From Candidatus Micrarchaeota archaeon (GTDB taxonomy: Archaea; Micrarchaeota; Micrarchaeia; Micrarchaeales; Micrarchaeaceae): a DNA stretch of 55,994 bases. The notes beneath the pieces were generated by a model. That model had not been told where the DNA came from and searched no databases. It was given only the letters and a program-made list of their open reading frames with translations. The translations under genes were made by a program, and so were the position numbers. The stretch is from positions 1-55,994 of the forward strand of contig JAKAOQ010000001.1 of the NCBI GenBank assembly GCA_021812105.1, in the 5' to 3' direction. Below, in pieces: positions 44,345-54,499 of this stretch (its first letter is position 1; the number at the start of each line of letters is the position of its first letter).

Positions 44345-46546
44345 TCAGCATACCTGCTTATTCCTAAGTCTTATGCTTCTCATCACCTGCTCCGTAGACT
44401 GAGACGCTGCTGGTGTTGTTTGCACGCTTTCAGAGTTCTTGATGGCGATCACATCCTTCGCCATTCTTACGAGCGACTCTTTGTTGATGTAGCCCCTGAT
44501 CGCGTTCTCTGCTATCGGCAGATCGCCGTTTACCGGGCTTATTCCGTGCCTCTGCTCCATCAGCCTTTCATAGGACTCCGCCTTTATCTCCTTCCTGCGT
44601 GAAAATTCATAATCCATATTTCCCTTCAGCACGCGCTTCATTTCTTCAATATTTCTCGCGATCATCAGTCCGAACAGAGATGTAGAAGTGCTTCCGTATC
44701 CGTTGGCGAGTATGGGCTTTTTATTGTCTGTATTTACTATGTGGCTTATAAGGGCGAGCTCTGAGGAGCCCGTGTCTATGTTACCCACCTTCTTCGCGTA
44801 CGCTATCTCCTCCTCTACGTGCATGCTTTCTACCAGCTTTTTGAAGTCGCTTGACCTTTTCCTCACCAGGGCGTTATATTCGGTGTCGTGTTTTTCAAAC
44901 TCCTCTATATGCTTCCTCAGCGGAGTGAGCACATTGTTTATTGTATCCAGGTTCAAACCGCTGTCGCTTGCAGCGACGGTCAGTCCGCTTGAGGTATCAT
45001 TGATTAGCTTCAAGAGCTCTCCAGACACGCGATAATCGTCTGCAATCTTTTTGAGCTCATCTGCAGACGCGCTTGCTGCCTGTCGCAACGCCTCCGGGTT
45101 TTCAATCTTTTTGGTCAGAAGCTTTGCCAAGGAGATACCCTTGGCCGATGCCTCGAACGATGATAGGATCTGCTCTGTCGCGTGGTCGTGCGTTGCCGAT
45201 TCAAGTTTGTATCTCTCTATCTCAGACGAAACAGCGCTCTTCACGATCTGATCCAGGTCCGAGGCCTTTAACCTGTCGATCGCCCCGTCACGCGCCATTA
45301 TTTTGTCAAAGTATATGTACACCTCGCCCACTTTATGCAGGAACTCAAACTCTGTCTCCAGGTCTTTGAAACCGGGAAGCAATGTCTCAATCATACCCGT
45401 CTGCTCGAACAGCCTATCGTGCAATACGGGGTCCGTCCTTGCGAGATGCCTGAGGAAGTATGCGACCGAATCCGTAGCCATCACTGGATAGGGGTTGTGC
45501 GTTATAATATCGTACGCCATCACATATTCGATTTTGTTAAGCTGTATGCCTGTTGCCTTCATGGCGGAAACCAGGGCCCTGTAGTCAAGGTCCAGCTTTG
45601 TATAGTTCGAATGATTGCCGAACAATATAGGATGCACGTTCATTATAGACAGCCCCGCGCCGAGATATAGCAGCTCGTTCTTTACGAACTCGGTACTGTC
45701 TGTATTGGCCGCGCCCAGAAACTTCGAAGATACAAAGATACCTTTGGTGGTATTTGACGAGCTCTCCAGCACAAACGCGATCGCGCCCGCGCCTCCCGAT
45801 TCTGTAGGGGGCGTTCCCTCAACATATCCGGCTTCGTCGCTGGTTATGACTAGCTTTTTCGTCTCCGTGCTCAATCCGTCCTTCGCGGAAGCGAATATCT
45901 CCTGCATGCCGGACGCGCATGCATTTTGGTACTGGTTGGTGTGGATATCTGACTTTATGTGGCCTACGTGTATGCCGTTCGATTCGAGTATATCGCTGGC
46001 CCTGTTGACGTAGTCGATCACCTTGATCGTCATGTTCTTCGAAAGTTCCCTCGCAGATTCCGTAGCGAGGTTCACCTCTGTTATCGTATTCAAATCGAAA
46101 TCGTTGAATAGCGCCATCTTTATTACCGCGAGAGCGGCGAGCACTACGGGCGTTTCGCCGTTGTCCGGGACAGAAGTAGCATCTATTCCTAGCCTTTCGT
46201 GTATGTGCTGGGCTTCTTTTCGCGCTTTCTCCTCCGGATCTGGAGGATCTTTGGGCCTTTTAATTGTGATCGTCTTGGCTCTCTCTTCAGAAGTAATTGC
46301 CAGGCTTCCGAGGGAGACCCCCATGGCCGTGATTGCTATCTTGTACTCGCTGCGGTCTATCCACCCCTCACGAATAACCTGCATGATGGGCCTGCCTATC
46401 TTCCTATCTTCTTCCTCCATGTCGTAACCAGGCGCTGTAGCCGTGTAGGTCTTTTCCATACCCGTGCCGTACTGCGACATATTGAAGTACGGTTCGTCTT
46501 CGAACCCATTCTTGCTGTCCCTTATCATATCGTTTATCTTTGTCAT
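44345..46546 (-). CDS. HMG-CoA synthase-like thiolase-fold enzyme with large insertion
   Basis: ATES (Glu), NACASG (Cys), LVITSD...GAGAIA, HNPY (His), VGNIDTGS (Asn), GYGS. Start at 46546 after a GGAGTG SD. Confidence 0.75.
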   Translation of the reverse strand: MTKINDMIRDSKNGFEDEPYFNMSQYGTGMEKTYTATAPGYDMEEEDRKIGRPIMQVIREGWIDRSEYKIAITAMGVSLGSLAITSEERAKTITIKRPKDPPDPEEKARKEAQHIHERLGIDATSVPDNGETPVVLAALAVIKMALFNDFDLNTITEVNLATESARELSKNMTIKVIDYVNRASDILESNGIHVGHIKSDIHTNQYQNACASGMQEIFASAKDGLSTETKKLVITSDEAGYVEGTPPTESGGAGAIAFVLESSSNTTKGIFVSSKFLGAANTDSTEFVKNELLYLGAGLSIMNVHPILFGNHSNYTKLDLDYRALVSAMKATGIQLNKIEYVMAYDIITHNPYPVMATDSVAYFLRHLARTDPVLHDRLFEQTGMIETLLPGFKDLETEFEFLHKVGEVYIYFDKIMARDGAIDRLKASDLDQIVKSAVSSEIERYKLESATHDHATEQILSSFEASAKGISLAKLLTKKIENPEALRQAASASADELKKIADDYRVSGELLKLINDTSSGLTVAASDSGLNLDTINNVLTPLRKHIEEFEKHDTEYNALVRKRSSDFKKLVESMHVEEEIAYAKKVGNIDTGSSELALISHIVNTDNKKPILANGYGSTSTSLFGLMIARNIEEMKRVLKGNMDYEFSRRKEIKAESYERLMEQRHGISPVNGDLPIAENAIRGYINKESLVRMAKDVIAIKNSESVQTTPAASQSTEQVMRSIRLRNKQVC

Positions 46547-46814
46547 TGCATCACTCCAGATCGAAAGTTGAGTAGAATGGGATAGGCAAGCCTTATAAGC
46601 GACGTTGTTATATTCGCTGATTGTCAAATATCAGATTTCTTGATTGCGGAGAGCACGTAAAAAGGAAAAGGTAGAGCCGATGCAAAGTTTAAAGCGAAGG
46701 TATTTAGAGTTTTATAACGTAGTTTAGTAAAAGTCGCAGGAGCAACATTCACGTTTACTTTTACTGCCCGCTGGCGTGCCCCCGCGCCGCTTTTGTGTTT
46801 AAGAGGTGAAATGT

Positions 46815-48971
46815 TTGGTTAATGGCATAGAGCTAACCGTTGCAGGAGCGCTCGTGACGGATGACGGCAGGAGCATCGCCAGGATAGATTCGAAGGCGAG
46901 AAAGATGCTCAACGTTATTTCCGGAGATGTTATAGAGATAAAGGGCAAGAAGAGGTCCACGGCCGCCATAGTCTGGCAGGCGCATCCGCAGGACGAAGGC
47001 CTCGATTTCATAAGGATCGACGGATACATGAGGGACAATATAGGTATAGGCATAGGAGACAGGGTGTTCGTTACAAAGGCCGAGGTTTTGGAGGCGCAGA
47101 AGATAGTGCTTGCGCCTCCGCAGAACCAGCGCACGGCTCTGACCCCCGACTTCTCGGAATACGCGAAGAGCAGGCTTGAGGACAGGCCGCTCACCAAAGG
47201 GGACGTTGTGCCGGTGCCAATGTTCGGATATATGTTCAAGTTCGTTGTGGCGCAGGTCACGCCGCACGGCATAGTCAGAGTCACAAGAAACACCGAGGTA
47301 ACGGTGCGGGCAGAACCGGTTTCGGAGTCATTGGTCAGGATAGGCGATGTGCACTACGAAGACATAGGGGGATTGAAAAACGAGAAGGAGAGGATCAGGG
47401 AGATGGTGGAGCTGCCGATAAGGTACCCGGAACTTTTCGAGAGACTCGGAATAGACCCGCCAAAGGGAGTGCTGCTTTACGGAGCCCCAGGTACAGGAAA
47501 GACGCTTCTAGCGAAGGCGGTCGCTAACGAGAGCGACGCCCACTTCATAGACATCTCTGGCCCGCAGCTCGTCAGCAAGTTTGTAGGTGAGAGCGAGGAG
47601 AGGCTTAGGGAGATATTCAACGAGGCGAAGGAGAAGGCCCCGACCATAATCTTCATGGATGAGATAGACGCGATAGCGCCAAACAGGGAAGAGGCAACGA
47701 ACGAGGTCGAGAGGAGGATGGTGTCGCAGCTTCTAACCCTCATGGACGGCATGGGATCAAGGGGCCAGGTAATAGTAATAGGAGCAACGAACAGGCCCAA
47801 CGCAGTTGATCCGGCGCTGAGAAGGCCGGGCAGGTTCGACAGGGAAATAGAGATAGGAGTCCCGGACAGGAACTCAAGGAAGGAGATACTGCAGATTCAC
47901 ACGAGGAGCATGCCGCTGACCGAGGACGTGAGCATAGACGAACTTGCAAATATAACCCACGGCTATACCGGAGCCGATCTTGCTGCGCTCGCCAGGGAAG
48001 CCGCCATGTCATCGCTCAGGAGAATCATGCCCAAGATAGTCGACAAGAGGTCGATACCAAACGAGATCCTGGCAACGCTGAGCGTATCGAGGCAGGATTT
48101 CTTTGACGCTTTGAACGGCATACAGCCCAGCGCACTGAGGGAGGTATTCATAGAAAGGCCGAACGTCCACTGGAGCGATGTTGGCGGGCTTGAGCACATA
48201 AAGGACGAGCTCAAGGAAGCGGTGGAACTTCCGTTTAAGAATCCCGAGGTCTTCGAAAAGATAGGGATAAGGCCGATAAGAGGCCTAATACTGGTCGGAC
48301 CTCCGGGAACAGGAAAGACGCTTCTCGCCAAGGCCGTGGCAACGGAAAGGGAGGCCAACTTCATATCGATAAAGGGGCCAGAGCTTCTCAGCAAGTACGT
48401 AGGGGAATCTGAAAAGGCGGTTCGCGAGATATTCAGGAAGGCGAAGATGTCCGCGCCGTGCATCATATTCATGGATGAAATTGATTCCATAGCGTCTACG
48501 AGAGGGAACGACAACCCCGACTCGATGGTGTCGGAGAGGGTCGTGGATACGCTGCTCACCGAGCTGGACGGGATGCAGGAACTGAAGAACGTTATAGTAA
48601 TAGGCGCGACCAACCGGCCAGACATACTTGATCCGGCTCTCCTAAGGCCCGGAAGGTTTGACAAGATAATCGAGATACCGATGCCGGACGAGCAGACGAG
48701 GTACGAGATATTCAAGGTACACACGAAGAGGATGCCGCTCGCGAAGAACGTCAAGCTTGAGGAACTCGCGGCCATGACCGAAGGCTACACGGGAGCAGAG
48801 ATAGAGAACGTTGTGCGAGAAGCCGGGATGTTCGCGATAAGGGCGAGCAAAACCGAGGTAAGCAAGCAGGACTTCGACAACGCGATAAACGAAGTGAAGC
48901 CTTCTATACCGAAGGAGCTGGCAGACAGGATAAAGAGGTTCAAGGAAGAGCCGCAGAACATGTACAGATAG
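46815..48971 (+). CDS. cdc48: CDC48/VAT AAA+ ATPase
   Basis: N domain, two AAA modules ([31 protein letters not shown]) and C-terminal MYR. TTG start chosen after the GAGGTGA SD; the track gives 46806. Confidence 0.96.
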   Translation: MVNGIELTVAGALVTDDGRSIARIDSKARKMLNVISGDVIEIKGKKRSTAAIVWQAHPQDEGLDFIRIDGYMRDNIGIGIGDRVFVTKAEVLEAQKIVLAPPQNQRTALTPDFSEYAKSRLEDRPLTKGDVVPVPMFGYMFKFVVAQVTPHGIVRVTRNTEVTVRAEPVSESLVRIGDVHYEDIGGLKNEKERIREMVELPIRYPELFERLGIDPPKGVLLYGAPGTGKTLLAKAVANESDAHFIDISGPQLVSKFVGESEERLREIFNEAKEKAPTIIFMDEIDAIAPNREEATNEVERRMVSQLLTLMDGMGSRGQVIVIGATNRPNAVDPALRRPGRFDREIEIGVPDRNSRKEILQIHTRSMPLTEDVSIDELANITHGYTGADLAALAREAAMSSLRRIMPKIVDKRSIPNEILATLSVSRQDFFDALNGIQPSALREVFIERPNVHWSDVGGLEHIKDELKEAVELPFKNPEVFEKIGIRPIRGLILVGPPGTGKTLLAKAVATEREANFISIKGPELLSKYVGESEKAVREIFRKAKMSAPCIIFMDEIDSIASTRGNDNPDSMVSERVVDTLLTELDGMQELKNVIVIGATNRPDILDPALLRPGRFDKIIEIPMPDEQTRYEIFKVHTKRMPLAKNVKLEELAAMTEGYTGAEIENVVREAGMFAIRASKTEVSKQDFDNAINEVKPSIPKELADRIKRFKEEPQNMYR

Positions 48972-49033
48972 ACGGCAAAAGATTGCATTTTGTATAGAAG
49001 CGCAATACGCAGCGTACAGACAAGGTAGATAAA

Positions 49034-49402
49034 ATGAAACTGGTTTACTCCAATAGGAAGGACGGCACGAGCAAGCAGGTAGAGCTTGACGAGAGCGCCA
49101 AGGCGATGCTGATGAACAGGAAGGTAGGGGAGATACTCGAAGGTAGTACGATAGGCGTACCAGGAGTCAAGCTCAAGATTACGGGGGGCAGCGACAACAG
49201 CGGCTTCCCGATGGTCAAAAACCTGGAGGGATCCAGGAAGTTCAGCACCCTCAAGACTATTAAGAGCTCGGACAGGAAGGGGGAGAAGAAGAGGCAGACA
49301 GTGGTAGGCAATACTATAAGCGTTAACACTGAGCAGATCAACGCAGTGATTGTCGAGGAAGGGGAAGAGGAGAAAGAGGCCAAGGACAATGAAAAGAAAT
49401 GA
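49034..49402 (+). CDS. rps6e: 30S ribosomal protein S6e
   Basis: LKITGGSDNSGFPM, GEKKRQTVVGNTI, QIN. Confidence 0.93.
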   Translation: MKLVYSNRKDGTSKQVELDESAKAMLMNRKVGEILEGSTIGVPGVKLKITGGSDNSGFPMVKNLEGSRKFSTLKTIKSSDRKGEKKRQTVVGNTISVNTEQINAVIVEEGEEEKEAKDNEKK

Positions 49403-49453
49403 TGCTCCTTTTCAAGGTATGGAAGAGATTGTAAGTGTGTTATATTGGAAAAC

Positions 49454-50662
49454 ATGATAGAAAGTGGAGTGCTCAACATAGGCACGCTCGGCCACATAGA
49501 CCACGGCAAGACCACTCTTGTAAAAGCTATAACGCACAAGTGGACCGACGTGCACAGCGAGAGCATAAAGAGGAACATGACTATAAAGCTGGGCTACGCT
49601 GACGCGCTGATAAGGAAGTGCGACGGCTGCGAGGAGCCCGAGGCGTACACGACCTACGACAAGTGCAAGAATTGCGACGGAGAGGCGAAGCCCGTGCTGA
49701 GGATATCACTGCTCGACGCGCCCGGCCACGAGACGCTCATGGCGACGGCCATAGCCGTGGCCAACATGATACACGCGATACTATTTGTCATAGCTGCAAA
49801 CGAGCCGTGCCCTATGCAGCAGACAAAGGAGCACATGATGATAATGAACGTGCTCGGCATAAGGAACGTTATAATAGTGCAGACGAAGGTGGACCTTGTG
49901 GGCAGGGAAGGCGCGATGAAGCATTACGCGCAGATAAAGGAGTTCGTCAAGGGGACCGTAGCCGAGAAAGCGCCGGTAGTGCCCGTGGTATCGAGCCAGG
50001 AGGCGAACATCGACGTGCTGCTAGAGATGATAACGAAGCTGCAGGTGCAGAAGGCTGATCCGGGAGCAGATCCGTTCATGTACGTAGCCAGATCTTTCGA
50101 TATCAACAAGCCCGGAATAGACGCGTCAGGCATAAACGGCGGAGTCATCGGAGGCACGATAGTCAGGGGCAGACTCAGGGTAGGTGATGAGATCGAGATA
50201 AGACCGGGGGTAAACACTTCGGAGGACCAGAAAAAGGAGAAGTACGAGCCCATAATAACAGTAATAAAGGGGATGAACAACGGAAGCGAGGATATAACAG
50301 AAGCTTATCCTGGAGGACTCATAGGCATACTGACAGAGGTTGATCCCGCCTTCACCAAGGCCGACTCTATGGTCGGGAACGTGGTCGGCCACGTGGGCAA
50401 GCTTCCCTCGATGATATCTATCGTGAGCATGAAATTTACCAAGCTAAAGAGAAACGACATACCGGAGAGGGCCATAACCGAGAACGAGCCGCTTATACTC
50501 AGCATCGGCACCGCAACCGTCCTCGGATTCGTCATCAAGGCGAAGAGGGACAACGTAGAGGTAAGGCTGAAGCACCCGGTCTGCGCCGATAGCGGGACGA
50601 AGGTGGCGATAATGAGGAACTTCGCACAGAGATGGAAGCTCTCTGGATACGGCGTTATCTAA
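49454..50662 (+). CDS. eif2g: Translation initiation factor 2 gamma subunit
   Basis: GHIDHGKT, TIKLGYA, DAPGHE, QTKEH, RSFDINKPG, GGVIGG. Confidence 0.95.
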   Translation: MIESGVLNIGTLGHIDHGKTTLVKAITHKWTDVHSESIKRNMTIKLGYADALIRKCDGCEEPEAYTTYDKCKNCDGEAKPVLRISLLDAPGHETLMATAIAVANMIHAILFVIAANEPCPMQQTKEHMMIMNVLGIRNVIIVQTKVDLVGREGAMKHYAQIKEFVKGTVAEKAPVVPVVSSQEANIDVLLEMITKLQVQKADPGADPFMYVARSFDINKPGIDASGINGGVIGGTIVRGRLRVGDEIEIRPGVNTSEDQKKEKYEPIITVIKGMNNGSEDITEAYPGGLIGILTEVDPAFTKADSMVGNVVGHVGKLPSMISIVSMKFTKLKRNDIPERAITENEPLILSIGTATVLGFVIKAKRDNVEVRLKHPVCADSGTKVAIMRNFAQRWKLSGYGVI

Positions 50663-50951
50663 AACGCGAACGCTATTTCTTTTCTGTTTCAGAATTTTAA
50701 TCAATCGCCACAGGACGTCTCGTCTGCGTGCCGGCATCGAGATTGGATGCTATGCATGGCGTATCCTGTAATCAAAAATGAGTATATGCCGTTAAAAAGC
50801 CTGTTATTTGAGAGTGCTGTAAATATTCTGTGCGACCTGGATCCGCGGGTAGAACGACCATTTATCAACATTTTTATTAGTTTACCAACAATATGGTTCA
50901 GAAGCCGATATTAAATATCTGGATAGTTAATTAGATAGTATAGGTGTTGGG

Positions 50952-51356
50952 ATGGCGGTAAAGAGGGCGGAGGACGTGATGGAGAAAGACGTAGTCGCCG
51001 TGTCAACTACCACGTCAATACTTTCAACTATAACGCTCATCGAGAACTCGAACATCGATCTGCTCCCGGTTCTGGATGACGGAAAACTGGTCGGGATCGT
51101 TGACAGCGATACGCTGCGTGGATTTGCAATCAAGCACAACAGGGACGAGCTCTATGCTCCGATAAAGCCACTCATCAAGGCTCCAATTTTTGTAGAAGAG
51201 GGTGACGAGATTAATGATATCATAGTGAAGGTAGTAAGGCACAACGTTACCAGAATACCGGTTGTAGATTCTGCCACGGATATGAAGTGCGTAGGGATAA
51301 TAAGCGCTTCAGACCTTCTAAAATCTGCGGGCGGCAGGATAGACAAGCCCGGCTAA
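50952..51356 (+). CDS. CBS-domain pair protein
   Basis: AEDVM, LPVLDDGKLVGIV, IPVVD...VGIISASDLL. Confidence 0.9.
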   Translation: MAVKRAEDVMEKDVVAVSTTTSILSTITLIENSNIDLLPVLDDGKLVGIVDSDTLRGFAIKHNRDELYAPIKPLIKAPIFVEEGDEINDIIVKVVRHNVTRIPVVDSATDMKCVGIISASDLLKSAGGRIDKPG

Positions 51357-51396
51357 GAGGGAAAAATCAAAATTAAAAAAAAGAAAAGAACTGCTT

Positions 51397-51714
51397 TCAT
51401 TTCGCGAGCACTATATGAATGGCGCTCACTTTCGATTTCGTGCCGTCCTCGTTTGTAAGCTCCTCGGACGAAGTGTTGATGCTTTTTGTCTTTACGTTGG
51501 GCAGGAACCTGTTCACCGCAATCTCCTTTATATCAACAGCCTTTGAGATTGCCTTGCCTCGCGCTTTTATCGTCACCTCATCGGCACCACCGTTGAACTG
51601 CGTCACTACAGCCAACACGTAGTTCATAGTTGACTTCTTCCCCACGTACACTACGTTGTCCCTTTCCTCTCTGCTAGATTCTACTATTCGTTCTGTTTGT
51701 GTTGCTCCATCCAT
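51397..51714 (-). CDS. albA: DNA/RNA-binding protein Alba
   Basis: [36 protein letters not shown]. Confidence 0.95.
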   Translation of the reverse strand: MDGATQTERIVESSREERDNVVYVGKKSTMNYVLAVVTQFNGGADEVTIKARGKAISKAVDIKEIAVNRFLPNVKTKSINTSSEELTNEDGTKSKVSAIHIVLAK

Positions 51715-51865
51715 TTTATCAACCGTGTTTATTGCAAGTCAGTCAGGCCGGTAAGTACTGGTTGTAGACCTCCCTCTTCTTATTTAAATTACTGTCAAAG
51801 ATTTATATACCTTTTGAAGCCGAAGCAGAATGCAGAGTGCAAAGTCGGTGCGGTGCACTGGTGCA

Positions 51866-52723
51866 CTACCGCTTCGCGCTCTTCTCTATCCTTTTTACTT
51901 CGTATTCGACGTCTATATCGAAACCGCTCTCTTTCAGGAACTGTAGCGGATACGCCATAGAAACTTCTGTTATCAATTTTACCTCCTTGTCTATCTTCTC
52001 CTTCTTTGATACACCAGAGTAAGCAAGCACGGACAGGTAGAATCTTTTGAGCATTTCCTCTGTTATTTCCATTACGCGCTCCTTGCCTATTATCCCTTCT
52101 TTCAATATGTGCTGTATCTCATTGGACTCCCAGCTATCCTCTTCTGATCTGAACACCTTTACGAAGGACCTTAGGAATTCAGGAGAGGCGGCATAGAAAA
52201 CCTTGTAGAACACTATTCCGAATGTAGAATATGACCTTTTCAGCACTACTTCGGACGCGATGAGGCGCTCCGGCCACGACTCTATGCCCTCCAGGTAGTT
52301 GAACGTCCCTTCGACCTCTTTCTTAACGGCTGCCGGCTTTACGCCAAGCCCTTCCATCAGGTTCTTTACCGCCTTTGCGTGGCGCTTGTCGTTCTGCGAG
52401 AGCGATGAGAAGTAGTCTTTATAAGCCAGAAAGTCGCGTCCGGCTGAATGGGACAGCCATCCGCTCATTACCTCGGACACCCTGTTTTCAGAGTACATGA
52501 ATATGTTCATGACCGCGGCGATTGAACTCGTATCGAACTTGTAGCCGTTAGGGAGGAATATGTTTTTCTTTGTAACCTCCCCCTTCTTCCTCTTTACATC
52601 TATGAAGCTGACGCCGCGTTTTATGGCGTTGAGCGGATCTCCCTTTATGTATGAAAAAATGAAAGGCGAGACCCATTTTGGCACTCCATATTTATCAAGT
52701 ATAGGGTACACTATCTTGTCCAT
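51866..52723 (-). CDS. Hypothetical protein, possibly ferritin-like helical bundle
   Basis: SENRV...DKRHAKAVKNLM...ASEVVL suggests degenerate E/ExxH helices. Confidence 0.55.
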   Translation of the reverse strand: MDKIVYPILDKYGVPKWVSPFIFSYIKGDPLNAIKRGVSFIDVKRKKGEVTKKNIFLPNGYKFDTSSIAAVMNIFMYSENRVSEVMSGWLSHSAGRDFLAYKDYFSSLSQNDKRHAKAVKNLMEGLGVKPAAVKKEVEGTFNYLEGIESWPERLIASEVVLKRSYSTFGIVFYKVFYAASPEFLRSFVKVFRSEEDSWESNEIQHILKEGIIGKERVMEITEEMLKRFYLSVLAYSGVSKKEKIDKEVKLITEVSMAYPLQFLKESGFDIDVEYEVKRIEKSAKR

Positions 52724-52896
52724 TGTGGCCGTTACATCACCCCATATTAAGATTGCACGACAACGTTTTAAACCTTATCTGAAGCTCCTGTTATTCGCCT
52801 ATAATCTGTGCTTGCGGGATTTTGTATGCACTTTTTATATGTTGCATGCCAATTAGTCAATGGTGCGCATCATCGCACACCAATCACGGTAGTTGC

Positions 52897-53874
52897 ATGA
52901 TAACCGTAGGTATAGAGAGCAGCGCACACACCTTCGGAGTTGGAGTCGTAGAGGACGGAAAGATACTCTCTAACGTAAAGTCGATGTACAAGATATCTGA
53001 CAAAGGTATAATACCGATGAAGGTAGCGGATTTTCATCAGAAGAACGCCGCGCGTGTCATAAGGCGCGCTCTGAAAGAGTCGGAAGCGGAGAGGATAGAT
53101 GCTATAGGTTATACAAAGGGGCCAGGCCTCGGCCCATGCCTAAGAGTGGGGCAGCTATCGGCACTCACTCTTTCCAGGATAACGGGAGCGCCGCTGTACC
53201 CTGTTAACCACGCGGCTGCCCACATAGAGGTTACAAGACACCTATTTGGCCTTCACGACCCGCTTGTTGTTTATGTAAGTGGCGGAAACTCACAGATACT
53301 CGGGCTTGAAAATGTGCCGCGTAGGCACTACCACGTCTACGGTGAGACGTTTGACATAGGCGTCGGGAACATGCTGGACTCTTTCGCAAGAGCGGCAGGA
53401 CTGAAGCCGGCGTGGGGATCAAGCGTGGCGAGACTGTCCGAAGGTGGTAGGTACATGCGTATGCCGTACACCGTAAAGGGCATGGACTTCACTTTCACCG
53501 GTCTGCTCACGAACGCCATCGGACTCCTAAAAAGCGTCGATAAGAGGGACGTGGCGTTTTCCCTCCAGGAGACCGCATTCTCGATGATATGCGAGGCTGC
53601 GGAGAGGGCGCTGCTGCTTACAAGGAAAAGGGAGGTGATAGCGTGCGGCGGGGTAGCGCAGAGCACGAGGCTGAAAAAGATGCTCGGGCTGATGGCTGGC
53701 TCGCATAGGGCAAAATTTTACGCGGCCCCAGACGAATTCAATTCCGACAACGGCGCGATGATAGCGGTTGTGGCGGAAAAGATGCATTCTAACGCGAGGC
53801 GCTCGAGCGGGACGATGGATTACGGAGTCAAGCAGAGGTACAGGATAGAGGATTTTGATATATACTGGAGATAA
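52897..53874 (+). CDS. kae1: KEOPS t6A synthase Kae1
   Basis: GIESSAHT, GPGLGPCL, VNHAAAHIE, VSGGNSQ, GGVA, DNGAMIA. Confidence 0.95.
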   Translation: MITVGIESSAHTFGVGVVEDGKILSNVKSMYKISDKGIIPMKVADFHQKNAARVIRRALKESEAERIDAIGYTKGPGLGPCLRVGQLSALTLSRITGAPLYPVNHAAAHIEVTRHLFGLHDPLVVYVSGGNSQILGLENVPRRHYHVYGETFDIGVGNMLDSFARAAGLKPAWGSSVARLSEGGRYMRMPYTVKGMDFTFTGLLTNAIGLLKSVDKRDVAFSLQETAFSMICEAAERALLLTRKREVIACGGVAQSTRLKKMLGLMAGSHRAKFYAAPDEFNSDNGAMIAVVAEKMHSNARRSSGTMDYGVKQRYRIEDFDIYWR

Positions 53875-53875
53875 A

Positions 53876-54496
53876 ATGAGAAAAATCTCTGAGGGCGCTG
53901 AGGCTTGCATCTACAAGACCATGATGCTCGGCAGAAATGCGATAATAAAGTACAGGGTAGAAAAATCATACAGAGTGATGGAACTGGACTCCGACCTCAG
54001 GGAGCGCAGGACAAGAAATGAAGCGAGGATACAGGCTGAACTGTATGAAATAGGGGTTCGCGTCCCATCGGTGATGCTGGCGGGCAGGCACTTCATAGTA
54101 ATGAATGAGGTGGCCGGAGAGACGCTGAACAAGATTAAGATGATAGAGTCAGGGCGCGGAAGCACGGCGATCAGGATAATGAGTGAGGCGGGTAGTTTGC
54201 TGGCGAGGATTCACGATCACGGGATATCGCACGGCGATTTCACTACCGCGAACCTGATGCTCGACAGGAATGGAAGGCTGTGGGTGATAGACTTCGGATT
54301 GTCGGCGTTCACTAATTCTGCTGAGGACAAGGCGCTGGACATCATACTGATGAAGAGGTCTGTTGGCGAGAAGCTTTACTCGCACTTCATAAAAGGCTAC
54401 GTGGGGGGGACGGCGGAAGCGGGCAGCGTGCTCAAAAAACTAGAAGAGATAGAGAGGAGGGGCAGGTATCAGACCAGAACGCTCTCGGTTGGATGA
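53876..54496 (+). CDS. bud32: KEOPS kinase Bud32
   Basis: GAEA, KYRVEKSYR, HGDFTTAN, IDFGL, IERRGRY. Confidence 0.94.
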   Translation: MRKISEGAEACIYKTMMLGRNAIIKYRVEKSYRVMELDSDLRERRTRNEARIQAELYEIGVRVPSVMLAGRHFIVMNEVAGETLNKIKMIESGRGSTAIRIMSEAGSLLARIHDHGISHGDFTTANLMLDRNGRLWVIDFGLSAFTNSAEDKALDIILMKRSVGEKLYSHFIKGYVGGTAEAGSVLKKLEEIERRGRYQTRTLSVG

Positions 54497-54499
54497 CAT

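Noticed and set aside
47477..48775. Long antisense ORFs within cdc48 (and similar ones within ileS, gatE and DP1)
   Set aside because: Expected shadows of conserved genes with biased codon usage; no independent motifs.
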